Shown one piece after another: positions 52,114 to 60,508 of a stretch of DNA of 64,000 nucleotides. Made by a program: the position numbers and the translations under genes. The DNA is taken from positions 85,482 through 149,481 of the forward strand of contig SUYH01000009.1 of assembly GCA_015060535.1 (NCBI GenBank), given 5' to 3'. The DNA comes from Prevotella sp. (GTDB lineage: Bacteria > Bacteroidota > Bacteroidia > Bacteroidales > Bacteroidaceae). The notes beneath the pieces are model-generated. The model ran no database searches and had not been told where the DNA came from. It was given only the letters and a program-made list of their open reading frames with translations. Each line of letters starts with the position of its first letter. Position 1 is the stretch's first letter.

Positions 52114-52345
52114 TGCTCACACGGGGACTGTCCCCCTGTGAGCGTACTCTGAACTTATCTTTTTCCCTTAAGGTCAATATCAACCTTAAGGGAAAAGAAA
52201 GTTTAGTTTGTGTTGCGTATATATAGCAAAGAGACGTACTAAACTCAAAATATTGATATTATTCTTGGCAAAAACATTGTCGATTCAGAAAAATATCGTA
52301 ACTTTGCAGCGAAAAGATGTATAATAACGATTAGGAGGTATAGTT

Positions 52346-52522
52346 ATGTTAGGAGTTAATTCACCAAGAGAACCGATAACACCTGAATTTTCGAAAGAGA
52401 TTCGGGCTTCTCTTCGTCGTGCCATGACAGGTCAGCTTAACGAGAAAGAGAAGGCTGCACGGCAAAGGTTAAAGGATAGTGAGAAATATTGGTCAATGGA
52501 ATGGAAGGGGCTGCATTTTTAG
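52346..52522 (+). CDS. 58-aa basic protein, candidate antitoxin of the downstream GNAT
   Basis: Not in the ORF track; MLGVNSPREPITPEFSKEIRASLRRAMTG...WKGLHF; AGGAGG upstream; overlaps the GNAT start. Confidence 0.6.
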   Translation: MLGVNSPREPITPEFSKEIRASLRRAMTGQLNEKEKAARQRLKDSEKYWSMEWKGLHF

Positions 52523-53094
52523 GAAAACTCGTTTCATATCCACTGACTGATTTTCAGTGTCTTAATACATTCTCCTCTGGTGTTGAGTCTATGGACAAAT
52601 TCATCAGAGGTGATTTTCGATTGAGCGTTGAGAATCACTATTGCCAGGCGTATGTTGTTAAACTTGAAGATGAGGTCGTGGCCATCTTTGCCCTTAGTTT
52701 CGATTCTCTTGATCTGGACTCTGACGATAAAGAAGAACTTCAGTCCGGTTTCTCGTCAACAGCATCACCAGATGTTGATTATGATTATCAGGAAACATTT
52801 TACGCTAAGCCCAGATACCCTGCAATGGACATAGCCTACCTTGCTATACAGGAGAAATGGAGAGGCAAGCACATCGGCGATTTCCTGATAAAACAGATAG
52901 CAGATCTGGCGAGAAGGCAGACGTTAGCTGGTTGTCAGTTCCTTACGGTTGAAGCACTTGCAACCAAAGAATACAGCGCCGTTGGATTTTACGAACGATG
53001 TGGCTTTGCGCCCAATGAGGTAAAGAAACCCTATAAAGACACGCTTCGGATGTATCTGACTCTGTACTCCAAAGATGAAGAGTTTAACGAATAA
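52501..53094 (+). CDS. GNAT family acetyltransferase (TA toxin-like)
   Basis: FSSGVESMDKFI, YPAMDIAYLAIQEKWRGKHIG, FLTVEA, AVGFYERCGF resemble AtaT/TacT-type GNATs. Confidence 0.8.
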   Translation: MEGAAFLGKLVSYPLTDFQCLNTFSSGVESMDKFIRGDFRLSVENHYCQAYVVKLEDEVVAIFALSFDSLDLDSDDKEELQSGFSSTASPDVDYDYQETFYAKPRYPAMDIAYLAIQEKWRGKHIGDFLIKQIADLARRQTLAGCQFLTVEALATKEYSAVGFYERCGFAPNEVKKPYKDTLRMYLTLYSKDEEFNE

Positions 53095-53232
53095 GCAGGG
53101 GCTTACGGGGAAAAGGACACAGAGGGTCTGTCCCGCTGTGTCCTAGCCAAGCGAACGAGTTCGAGTTCTCGCGTTCGAAAATACTCAAATAAATTTGGTG
53201 TTTTGCTCACTTATTCGTACCTTCGCGGCTGA

Positions 53233-54186
53233 ATGGAAAAGTTACAGAACAAATACAGACGGTTCCGCGAGTGGGAACAGCAGCCTCACGAGGTAGCCCC
53301 GCTCTCCGAGGAACAACATGTGTGCGCCACGTGCAGCACCCATTACGAGGGCAACTACTGTCCCCGTTGCGGACAGTCGTGCAAGATAGTCCGCTACTCG
53401 TTTAAGAACGCCTTCCTGCTCTTCCTCGACGTCTGGGGCGTAGGCAATCGCGGTATGTTCCGCTCCCTGCGCGACCTCATACTGCGTCCAGGCTACATGA
53501 TCCGCGACTACCTCAGGGGTATGCAGATGGCCTACTTCCCACCCTTCAAGATGTTCTTCCTGCTCTGCACGCTGTCGCTGATTGTCGATACGGGCCTCAA
53601 CATCCAGGGCATCAACCGCAGTGTAGTGAACGAGAAGGCGTATATCCAAATCCTCGGACTTTCGGACGATAAAGAGGAGAATGCAGAGGAAGAAACTGAG
53701 GAAACGAATGACAAGAAGTACACGCCAGAACAGGCAAGAAAGAGAAAGCTGGCACACAAGGCGGGTGACCAAAAAATAGACAGATTAGAAAAATGGGGCG
53801 AAAAGCACTCTTCGGTGATGGCTCTGACCTGCCTGCTGCTCTTCTCCTGGCCACTCTGGCTGATGATACGCCGCTGCCCGGCCATTCCCGACCTGCGGTT
53901 CTCTGAGTGCTTCGTGGCAATGGTCTACATCATCAATATGTTCATCATTTACAACATTATTCCCTCGCTGCTGTGCTTCAGGCCGGATGTGGAGATTATC
54001 TATTGGCTGCTGAGCCTGCTGCTGATTCTCATCCCCATCAAGCAGCTGACGGGCTACAGCTACCCCAGCGTCATCTGGCGCGTCTTCGTGGCCCTCATCC
54101 CCTTTTGCTTTTTGCTCCTGCTTCTATTCGCTGTCGCAGGGGTTGCGATATACCTTTATTATGATGCCAAATATGGTGTCTTGTGA
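53233..54186 (+). CDS. DUF3667 domain membrane protein
   Basis: CATC...GNYCPRCGQ zinc ribbon; LILRPGYMIRDYL.G...YFPP; C-terminal TMs. Confidence 0.8.
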   Translation: MEKLQNKYRRFREWEQQPHEVAPLSEEQHVCATCSTHYEGNYCPRCGQSCKIVRYSFKNAFLLFLDVWGVGNRGMFRSLRDLILRPGYMIRDYLRGMQMAYFPPFKMFFLLCTLSLIVDTGLNIQGINRSVVNEKAYIQILGLSDDKEENAEEETEETNDKKYTPEQARKRKLAHKAGDQKIDRLEKWGEKHSSVMALTCLLLFSWPLWLMIRRCPAIPDLRFSECFVAMVYIINMFIIYNIIPSLLCFRPDVEIIYWLLSLLLILIPIKQLTGYSYPSVIWRVFVALIPFCFLLLLLFAVAGVAIYLYYDAKYGVL

Positions 54187-54268
54187 CTTGAAAAAGCCAA
54201 ATATGAGGATCATGGGGTCGGTTCTACAGGATACAGAGGGTCTGTCCCGCTGTGTCCAGGCAATCAAA

Positions 54269-54307
54269 GAGCCCCAGCTCTAAACACAAGGTTAAGAGTC
54301 GGGGCTC
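54269..54307 (-). terminator. hairpin downstream of the GH26 gene
   Basis: gagccccagctct...agagtcggggctc stem. Confidence 0.5.
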
Positions 54308-54316
54308 CGCATGGGC

Positions 54317-55504
54317 CTATCTGTATTTTTTCCCATTAACGATATAGATACCGTGGGAGGGGTGTTTTACGCGCCTCCCGCTGAGGTCGTACACTGCTGG
54401 CGGTGTCGTCCTTTCATCAGGACAGCGCATGGTGGCGGGGGTGATTCCTGCCACCTGTTGCCGCAGCACCTTCATGTCGTCGCGTGTCAGTACAAAGTCA
54501 TTCTGGAAGGCTGCAGTCCACCATGCTGCATTGCAGTTGCTGTGACTGGTGCTCTTGAAGTCGACGCTGCTGGTATTATTGGTGCGCCCATAGTCATACC
54601 AAGGCATGAAGAACAGCCACTTGCAGCCTGCGTTCCACTGCTGACTGATACCTGGCACATTACCACACTCTGTCAGCGCCACAAACTTGGTGGGTGAGTA
54701 GTTGCAGAGGAATTGGTAGCAGGAGGAATAGATGTTGGCAGCACTGTTGTTGTTATAGACGTCGATGCTGACAATGTCCACATAGTCGTCGCCAGGATAC
54801 CAGCGGTAGCCGTCGCTATAGGGTTTTCCCCATGCTGCCGACTGCGTCCACACCCATATCAGATTGTCGAGACCTGCTTCCTGGAAGCAGCGATACATCG
54901 TGCGCCAGAGTTCGTTGCACGCATCGGCATCGCGCCCCCACCAGAACCACATGCCACCAGCCTCATGGAGTGGTCGCCAAAGCACGGGGATGTTAGCGTC
55001 TTTCAGCAGTTTCAGATAGGAGGCTATCTGGTCTATATCCTTCATCATCAACTTATACTCGCTGCTCGTCGGATCGAAAATCTTGCGCACGTCAAAGGTT
55101 GTCTTGTCACTTTCCGTTCCCCAGTAGAAGGAGTATTCGCCGCTCTTGTTGGCAGGTACATTCCAGTGCCACATGATGGTAACCACACCACCCTCGCTGT
55201 TCCACTGACTCACCTCGCTGATGTTGGTATAGTCTATCCATCCTCCTTTCGTCGAGAACGGATGGTGGATATAGTCGAAGCCGTTCAGCGCAGGCCATTT
55301 GCCGGTATGCTGATGCACCCACTTGGCTTCGTTCAGATTCCAGTTGACGCAGGCCATCGTACCGGAGATGGTCTTCTGCCCTTCAATCATTCGCAGACAT
55401 TGCAGCAACTGCACAGCCTCAGCCGAATGCTGTTGTGTCTGCTGAGCCGACAGACTGCCGACGACTAAGCCCAACAGCAAGATTAGTGTAAACAGATGTT
55501 TCAT
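54317..55504 (-). CDS. GH26 glycoside hydrolase (beta-mannanase-like) with T9SS C-terminal domain
   Basis: WHWNVP, WRPLHEAGGMWFWWG, WYPGDDYVDI, ALTECG; ends VYDLSGRRV...GIYIVNGKK. Confidence 0.9.
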   Translation of the reverse strand: MKHLFTLILLLGLVVGSLSAQQTQQHSAEAVQLLQCLRMIEGQKTISGTMACVNWNLNEAKWVHQHTGKWPALNGFDYIHHPFSTKGGWIDYTNISEVSQWNSEGGVVTIMWHWNVPANKSGEYSFYWGTESDKTTFDVRKIFDPTSSEYKLMMKDIDQIASYLKLLKDANIPVLWRPLHEAGGMWFWWGRDADACNELWRTMYRCFQEAGLDNLIWVWTQSAAWGKPYSDGYRWYPGDDYVDIVSIDVYNNNSAANIYSSCYQFLCNYSPTKFVALTECGNVPGISQQWNAGCKWLFFMPWYDYGRTNNTSSVDFKSTSHSNCNAAWWTAAFQNDFVLTRDDMKVLRQQVAGITPATMRCPDERTTPPAVYDLSGRRVKHPSHGIYIVNGKKYR

Positions 55505-55763
55505 AGTGTTTTAAGTAGCCAATACATTCTGGTGTGTTATAATTTGTTTAACATAGGACACAGAGGGCCTGTCCCGCTGTGTCCTTAAGGATATGTCGCA
55601 TTAATAACCAAAGCGAACTGGTCATAATCTGGTCCATATTCTGTTTCATTGTCAATATAGAATATGTAATCACAATAATCTAGTCGTTCTGATGGCCATC
55701 CATTATCCTGATAGAATTTTTCCTCACTATAATAATCCATGATACACCTTTTATAGAATTATC

Positions 55764-56303
55764 TTATCCTTTTAGCTTTTCCAATAATTTGTAAACCATA
55801 GAAGAAGGATTTTGGAATTCTACCAACTTCTTTGCCCTTTCTAGTGCCAGATCTTTATTCTTGGCAAGCACATCCTTTTCTTCTTCTGACAAAGTCCCCT
55901 TCTTGTATTCTTTCGAAACCTTCTGTAACTTCTTAATGCACTTGTCTGACGAGATTTCCGTTTTCTGTTCCTGATAATGCAACAAGAACCACAATTCTAT
56001 ACACGGATTCGAAACTATCAGTTCTGCATTAGGTATCTTTTGTAGCTGTTCCAACATCCCATCAACGTCCAAATCGTACATCAAAAAGACTTTATCTTGC
56101 TCAGTTCTTACATATTCATTTTGGGAGCGTTCAATATAGTCTTCCGAAATATTCGACTTGCCTTTCTTTGCTATGACCTGAATGGGAGCACGAAACAATG
56201 AACGCAAAAACTTGACATACGCTATTTCCGTTTCACCCTCACAGAAAACAAAGAAATTGGGCTTCATTTGTTTCCCCTTAGATATACGAGCTTTTCTTCC
56301 CAT
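55764..56303 (-). CDS. RloB family protein (AbiLii-like)
   Basis: VFCEGETEIAY, YDLD and SNPCIELWFLLHY RloB motifs. Confidence 0.88.
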   Translation of the reverse strand: MGRKARISKGKQMKPNFFVFCEGETEIAYVKFLRSLFRAPIQVIAKKGKSNISEDYIERSQNEYVRTEQDKVFLMYDLDVDGMLEQLQKIPNAELIVSNPCIELWFLLHYQEQKTEISSDKCIKKLQKVSKEYKKGTLSEEEKDVLAKNKDLALERAKKLVEFQNPSSMVYKLLEKLKG

Positions 56304-56304
56304 C

Positions 56305-57555
56305 TTAACCAAGTCGTTTTAAGTTAGTCGACGATTCGTCAATATAAGGGATTGCATCGAAACGACCCTGCAAGTATGCCTTCTCTGCATCCATATTCTC
56401 ACGGAAATCCTTAAAATCAAAGAGAGAATACAAATCTGAAGACCCATCATCACGCTTGTTAACGAAATACACCTGGTCTTTCCTCAACTTTCTCATGTTG
56501 AGCAGATTCGTATTATGCGTAGAGAATATGAGCTGAGCCGACTCACTTTGATGGAACAGATTTAGAATATATTCCACCAGATTTACATGTAGTCCCATCG
56601 ATATTTCATCGATAAGAAGAACTTTGTTGCCTTTAATGATATTCAGAATAGTCAGCATCATATGGAAGAACTCTTGGGTGCCACTCGACTCTTCCGAATA
56701 AAAATCAAATGGGACTTCCGGATTATTCCTATGGAAAGTTGTAATCTTCAACTGAGGCTTCTGTATATCGTCTCTTGAAAGTAACTGATTACTCAGAGGA
56801 TCAAACACAGCTGTAGTCAAAGACCTAAGTTCGTGCTGACTACGAATATCTATAATATCACTATCGGCAGCCTTGAGCACCTTCAAAATCAAGTCCTTAT
56901 TCTCATTCAAAAGCGACTCAATGGAATAGCTATTATAGCCAAAATAATTCAAAATGAATCGCTCGTTGAAGTAGCGGAATACATCCTTGGCCACATCCCT
57001 ATCCATCTGGCTGGCACGAGAAACAAAGAGCGTCTTTTTCGATGTATTCCCTGCCACATCCATAGGCCTGCGAATAGCGGAGCGGAACTCATAGATATCT
57101 TTCTTATCTGGCCCTTTGCGCTCATCTCGAGTAAAAACCAGTTTCTTACGCCCATTTGGGTAATAATACAATTCCTCGGTGATGATTTCCGTCTTAGTTA
57201 ATGTGAAACTATACTCATACTCCACTCCATCTATCAAGAAACGGATGTAGAACCTACTTGGCTTACCTACACCACCGAACTTAAATGGAGTAAAGGCAAA
57301 CACAGTATTCTCATTGTAATTATGCGACTCGAAGATCATCTGAACACAAGCCCTTATGGCTTTAATGATGTTGCTCTTTCCTGAAGCATTAGCTCCATAG
57401 ATAGCAACTGTCTTCAACAATCTTTCGTCATTGCAAACGAAAGTATTACCCAGCAAATCCTTTGACTCTCTGGTCTGAAGACTTGCAGCCTGCATGTCCA
57501 AAACGACTTCTTCGTTTATGGAGAAAAAGTTACTTAAACGAATTTGTGATACCAT
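56305..57555 (-). CDS. AAA/ABC-type ATPase (RloA/AbiLi-like)
   Basis: IYGANASGKSN Walker A, EESSGT, LLIDE Walker B, QLIFSTH, YLQGRFDAIP. Confidence 0.88.
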   Translation of the reverse strand: MVSQIRLSNFFSINEEVVLDMQAASLQTRESKDLLGNTFVCNDERLLKTVAIYGANASGKSNIIKAIRACVQMIFESHNYNENTVFAFTPFKFGGVGKPSRFYIRFLIDGVEYEYSFTLTKTEIITEELYYYPNGRKKLVFTRDERKGPDKKDIYEFRSAIRRPMDVAGNTSKKTLFVSRASQMDRDVAKDVFRYFNERFILNYFGYNSYSIESLLNENKDLILKVLKAADSDIIDIRSQHELRSLTTAVFDPLSNQLLSRDDIQKPQLKITTFHRNNPEVPFDFYSEESSGTQEFFHMMLTILNIIKGNKVLLIDEISMGLHVNLVEYILNLFHQSESAQLIFSTHNTNLLNMRKLRKDQVYFVNKRDDGSSDLYSLFDFKDFRENMDAEKAYLQGRFDAIPYIDESSTNLKRLG

Positions 57556-57910
57556 TATAATACAAAATTTGCAATTTTTCTGCAAATATAGATATTAAAT
57601 CTAATTATCACAAGTTTTACATTCCATTTTTAAACATAATTAACGCAAAAGGATGTTATGTGCAATGATCTAAGCACTTGCTTGAACTGTGTGAGGACAC
57701 AGCGCACAGCATCAGAGAGTTATGCTAGGAGGTTGCACAAAATGGCGATTTTGTGCCATTCGCTAATAAATATTAAAGTCGAAAACCTTTCCGCTTTTTC
57801 ATACCTGAGGAAGCGGTTTTTTTTATATCTTTGCAATCCTTTTCGCCCCGAAAAAATGGCGGAGGAAAATTTACTCATTACATATATAATAATTAAAAAT
57901 TCTAAGCAAT

Positions 57911-58009
57911 ATGGACAAAACAATCACTAGTCAAGAGAATGATGCCCCATTTCAGGAAGCTACCGACTTTATGGAGCGGACACAGAGGGTCTGTCCCGCT
58001 GTGTCCTAA
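57911..58009 (+). pseudogene. 5' gene fragment running into the repeat at 57978
   Basis: tatctttg promoter near 57827; MDKTITSQENDAPFQEATDFME then repeat-encoded RTQRVCPAVS*. Confidence 0.45.
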
Positions 58010-58157
58010 ACAGACAGAACCTCAATAGTTCGTCACATCAATAATATCTATAGAGTTGATGAATTAGAACGAGAGGCAACCTGTGCAAAAATTGCACAAG
58101 TTCAGACCGAAGGGAAAAGACAAGTTACCCGTACTATCCCATATTTCAATTTGGATA
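58010..58157 (+). pseudogene. internal RhuM fragment (copy 2)
   Basis: TDRTSIVRHINNIYRVDELEREATCAKIAQVQTEGKRQVTRTIPYFNLD; 58036-58157 identical to 51992-52113; flanked by repeats. Confidence 0.78.
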
Positions 58158-58195
58158 AGGACACAGAGGGTCTGTCCCGCTGTGTCCCCAACTAT

Positions 58196-58233
58196 AAAGA
58201 CAGCGACACATCCCTGATGCGTCGCTGTCTTTT
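58196..58233. terminator. intrinsic terminator-like hairpin right after the last array repeat
   Basis: aaagacagcgac-acatc..gatgc-gtcgctgtctttt. Confidence 0.6.
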
Positions 58234-58363
58234 GTCTATCCTGATCGAAAGGATGGAATTTCCAAAAATAGAAGGAAAAAGAATTGGAATTTCCTTTCAA
58301 AATCACTAATTTTGCTCCCGCTAATAGACAATTATGGTACAAATTATGCAACAATATGAGAAT

Positions 58364-59986
58364 ATGAAAAAGATTATTATATCCATTTACATGCTGTGTG
58401 CCACAATGCTGGCAATAGCCCAGACGGAATTTCCAATTCTGGGTGGTGAACTGAGCAATTCAGCAGCCACGAGTGTTGAGGACATCGACGAGGTGATGCC
58501 GCGCATGAAGACCTTGGGACTGAACACTGTGCTGGTGCCTGCCTATTGGGAACTTATGGAACCTGTTGAAGGCAAGTTCGATTTTACCCTCATTGACCGC
58601 ACCATCCTCCAGGCCCGCAAGTTTCAGCTTAAAGTGGTGTTCTTGTGGTTTGGCGCGTGGAAAAACTCTATGTCGTGCTATGCGCCATCGTGGTTCAAGC
58701 AGGATGATAAACGTTTTCCAAGGGCTAAGACAGCACAGGGTAAACCGTTGGAAATAGCCAGTTGTTTCTCAGAACAGGTGTTCCAGGCTGATAACAAGGC
58801 CTTTGAGGCACTTGTAAAACATATCAGCGAGACGGGCAGCGATGTGGTTCAGATGATACAGGTTGAGAATGAGATAGGCATGCTTGAGGATGCCCGCGAC
58901 CACTCTTCGATGGCTGAGGCTATATACAAGAAAGGTGTACCTCATGAACTGATAAGCTATCTCAGCAAGAATAAGAAGTCTCTGCATCCCTGGCTCAAAC
59001 AACGCGTAAACTTCAGCGGTAAGAGCTGGACAGAAGTCTTTGGTGATGATATTTACACCGACGAGATTTTCATGGCTTACTACTACGCCAAGTATGTAGG
59101 ACGGCTCTGCGAGACAGCTCGTCGCTACACTCAGATGCCTCTTTACGTTAATGCAGCTATGAACAGCCGTGGTCGCAAGCCCGGTCAGTATCCTTCGGCT
59201 GGTCCTTTGGCTCATCTTATTGATTTGTGGCATTGTGGTGCTCCACAGTTGTTGTGCCTGGCTCCCGATATCTACGATACAGGATTCAAGAGTTGGGCTG
59301 CTCAGTATGCCTTGCCCAATAATCGCCTGTTCATTCCTGAGAGCCGATGCTGCGAAAATAGCGGTGCTCGCGCACTTTATGCCTTTGGCGAACATCGGGC
59401 CTTGGGCTTCTCTCCCTTCGCTATAGATCAGGCATCTCCCGGCGAGACAGAAAACATTACAAAGGCATACGCTCTCCTGCGTCAAATCAGCTCTTATTCT
59501 TTGAAATCGTGGGGACTTCTGTTTGACCAGCAAGACAAAGAGCGCATAATTACAGACGATAATACGGTAATCACTTGTCGCCATTATTACACACTGCCTT
59601 GGGATCCTCGTGCTACCGACGGGTCTGTTTGGCCTGAAGGTGGGGCAGTGCTGATAAAACTCGGCAATAACGATTATCTGCTGGCAGGCACAGGCATTGT
59701 TGTAGTTTTTGCCTCTACATACGAAAAGGCTCACGAACAGCAGCAAGTGCTTGGCGAAGACGGCTTCGTAGCTGTCGGAACCCAATCAGACATCAAGCAT
59801 CAGCCATCGACCTCCTTTAATGGCTCTCGCAAGGGCATTGTGAGCGTAGACGAGGTGAACATCGACAAGAATGGCAAGATGCAATACCTGCGCCGTCTGA
59901 ATGGCGATCAAGATCACCAAGGCCGTCACGTGCGTATAGCCTGTGGCGATTGGAAGATTCTGCACGTACGCCTGTATGATTATTAA
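58364..59986 (+). CDS. GH35-like beta-galactosidase with DUF5597 domain
   Basis: ILGGELSNS, EPVEGKFDF, LWFGAWKNSMSCYAP, QVENE, YPSAGP, APDIY, RRLNGDQ. Confidence 0.85.
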   Translation: MKKIIISIYMLCATMLAIAQTEFPILGGELSNSAATSVEDIDEVMPRMKTLGLNTVLVPAYWELMEPVEGKFDFTLIDRTILQARKFQLKVVFLWFGAWKNSMSCYAPSWFKQDDKRFPRAKTAQGKPLEIASCFSEQVFQADNKAFEALVKHISETGSDVVQMIQVENEIGMLEDARDHSSMAEAIYKKGVPHELISYLSKNKKSLHPWLKQRVNFSGKSWTEVFGDDIYTDEIFMAYYYAKYVGRLCETARRYTQMPLYVNAAMNSRGRKPGQYPSAGPLAHLIDLWHCGAPQLLCLAPDIYDTGFKSWAAQYALPNNRLFIPESRCCENSGARALYAFGEHRALGFSPFAIDQASPGETENITKAYALLRQISSYSLKSWGLLFDQQDKERIITDDNTVITCRHYYTLPWDPRATDGSVWPEGGAVLIKLGNNDYLLAGTGIVVVFASTYEKAHEQQQVLGEDGFVAVGTQSDIKHQPSTSFNGSRKGIVSVDEVNIDKNGKMQYLRRLNGDQDHQGRHVRIACGDWKILHVRLYDY

Positions 59987-60346
59987 TAAAGAGGGTGTGT
60001 TTTCATCTTCCGTCAGGTCATATAGTTCTTTTAGTCGCTACGCTTTGTAAAAGCGGCATAGCCGAGCTGATAGACAAGGCGGTCGAATTCGGATTCTAAG
60101 GCAGATTACAGGAACCGTCCGTTTTTAGGAGTGAAACGCTGACCTGTCCCTAGTGTTCTTTGGGCATAGTCTTATGTGACGGCAGAGTGATTTTTCTCTT
60201 ATATCCATTTTCTAACTTATTGTATATCAGCACATTTTTATGTGATGGCAGAGTGATTATAGTTGTTTCTGACCCTTATCAATCAACTTTGCTTTAATCA
60301 TCTAGACAGATCAGGAATAATGTAACATATAAAAGGATAGAAGCGT

Positions 60347-60508
60347 ATGTCAAGTAATGAGCACAAGCAGATGATTGACAGAATTGAGCGTGGCCTCGAG
60401 ATTGCGGAGCGCGAAATGCTGAAAGAAAAAGCTAAGAACAATGAGGATGTCATTGTATGTGGCGACGACAACGTGATACGTCACATTCCTGCAAAGAACT
60501 TCCTTTGA
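60347..60508 (+). CDS. 53-aa protein resembling the small partners of Bacteroidota zeta-toxin-like ATPases (orphan here)
   Basis: Not in the ORF track; MSSNEHKQMIDRIERGLEIAEREMLKEKAKNNEDVIVCGDDNVIRHIPAKNFL. Confidence 0.55.
   Translation: MSSNEHKQMIDRIERGLEIAEREMLKEKAKNNEDVIVCGDDNVIRHIPAKNFL

Larger units (their letters stand above)
51505..58187 (+). repeat. array of eight co-oriented 27-29-bp hairpin repeats delimiting variable segments
   Basis: GGACACAGAGGGTCTGTCCCGCTGTGTCC at 51505, 53115, 54229 (1 mismatch), 55556 (1 mismatch), 57978 and 58159; variants at 51964 (27 bp) and 52115 (GCTCACACGGGGACTGTCCCCCTGTGAGC). Confidence 0.9.

Noticed and set aside
55585-55760. Short minus-strand ORF (MGWPSERLDYCDY...NATYP*) ending at the repeat at 55556
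   Set aside because: Could be another truncated fragment, but no family is recognisable and the start is ambiguous.
51505-58187. CRISPR array
   Set aside because: Inter-repeat distances are 124-2393 bp and irregular, several contain whole genes, and no cas genes are visible.
51505-58187. Classical integron
   Set aside because: No intI-like gene in the window, no GTTRRRY/RYYYAAC attC cores, and segments include mid-gene cuts and both orientations.
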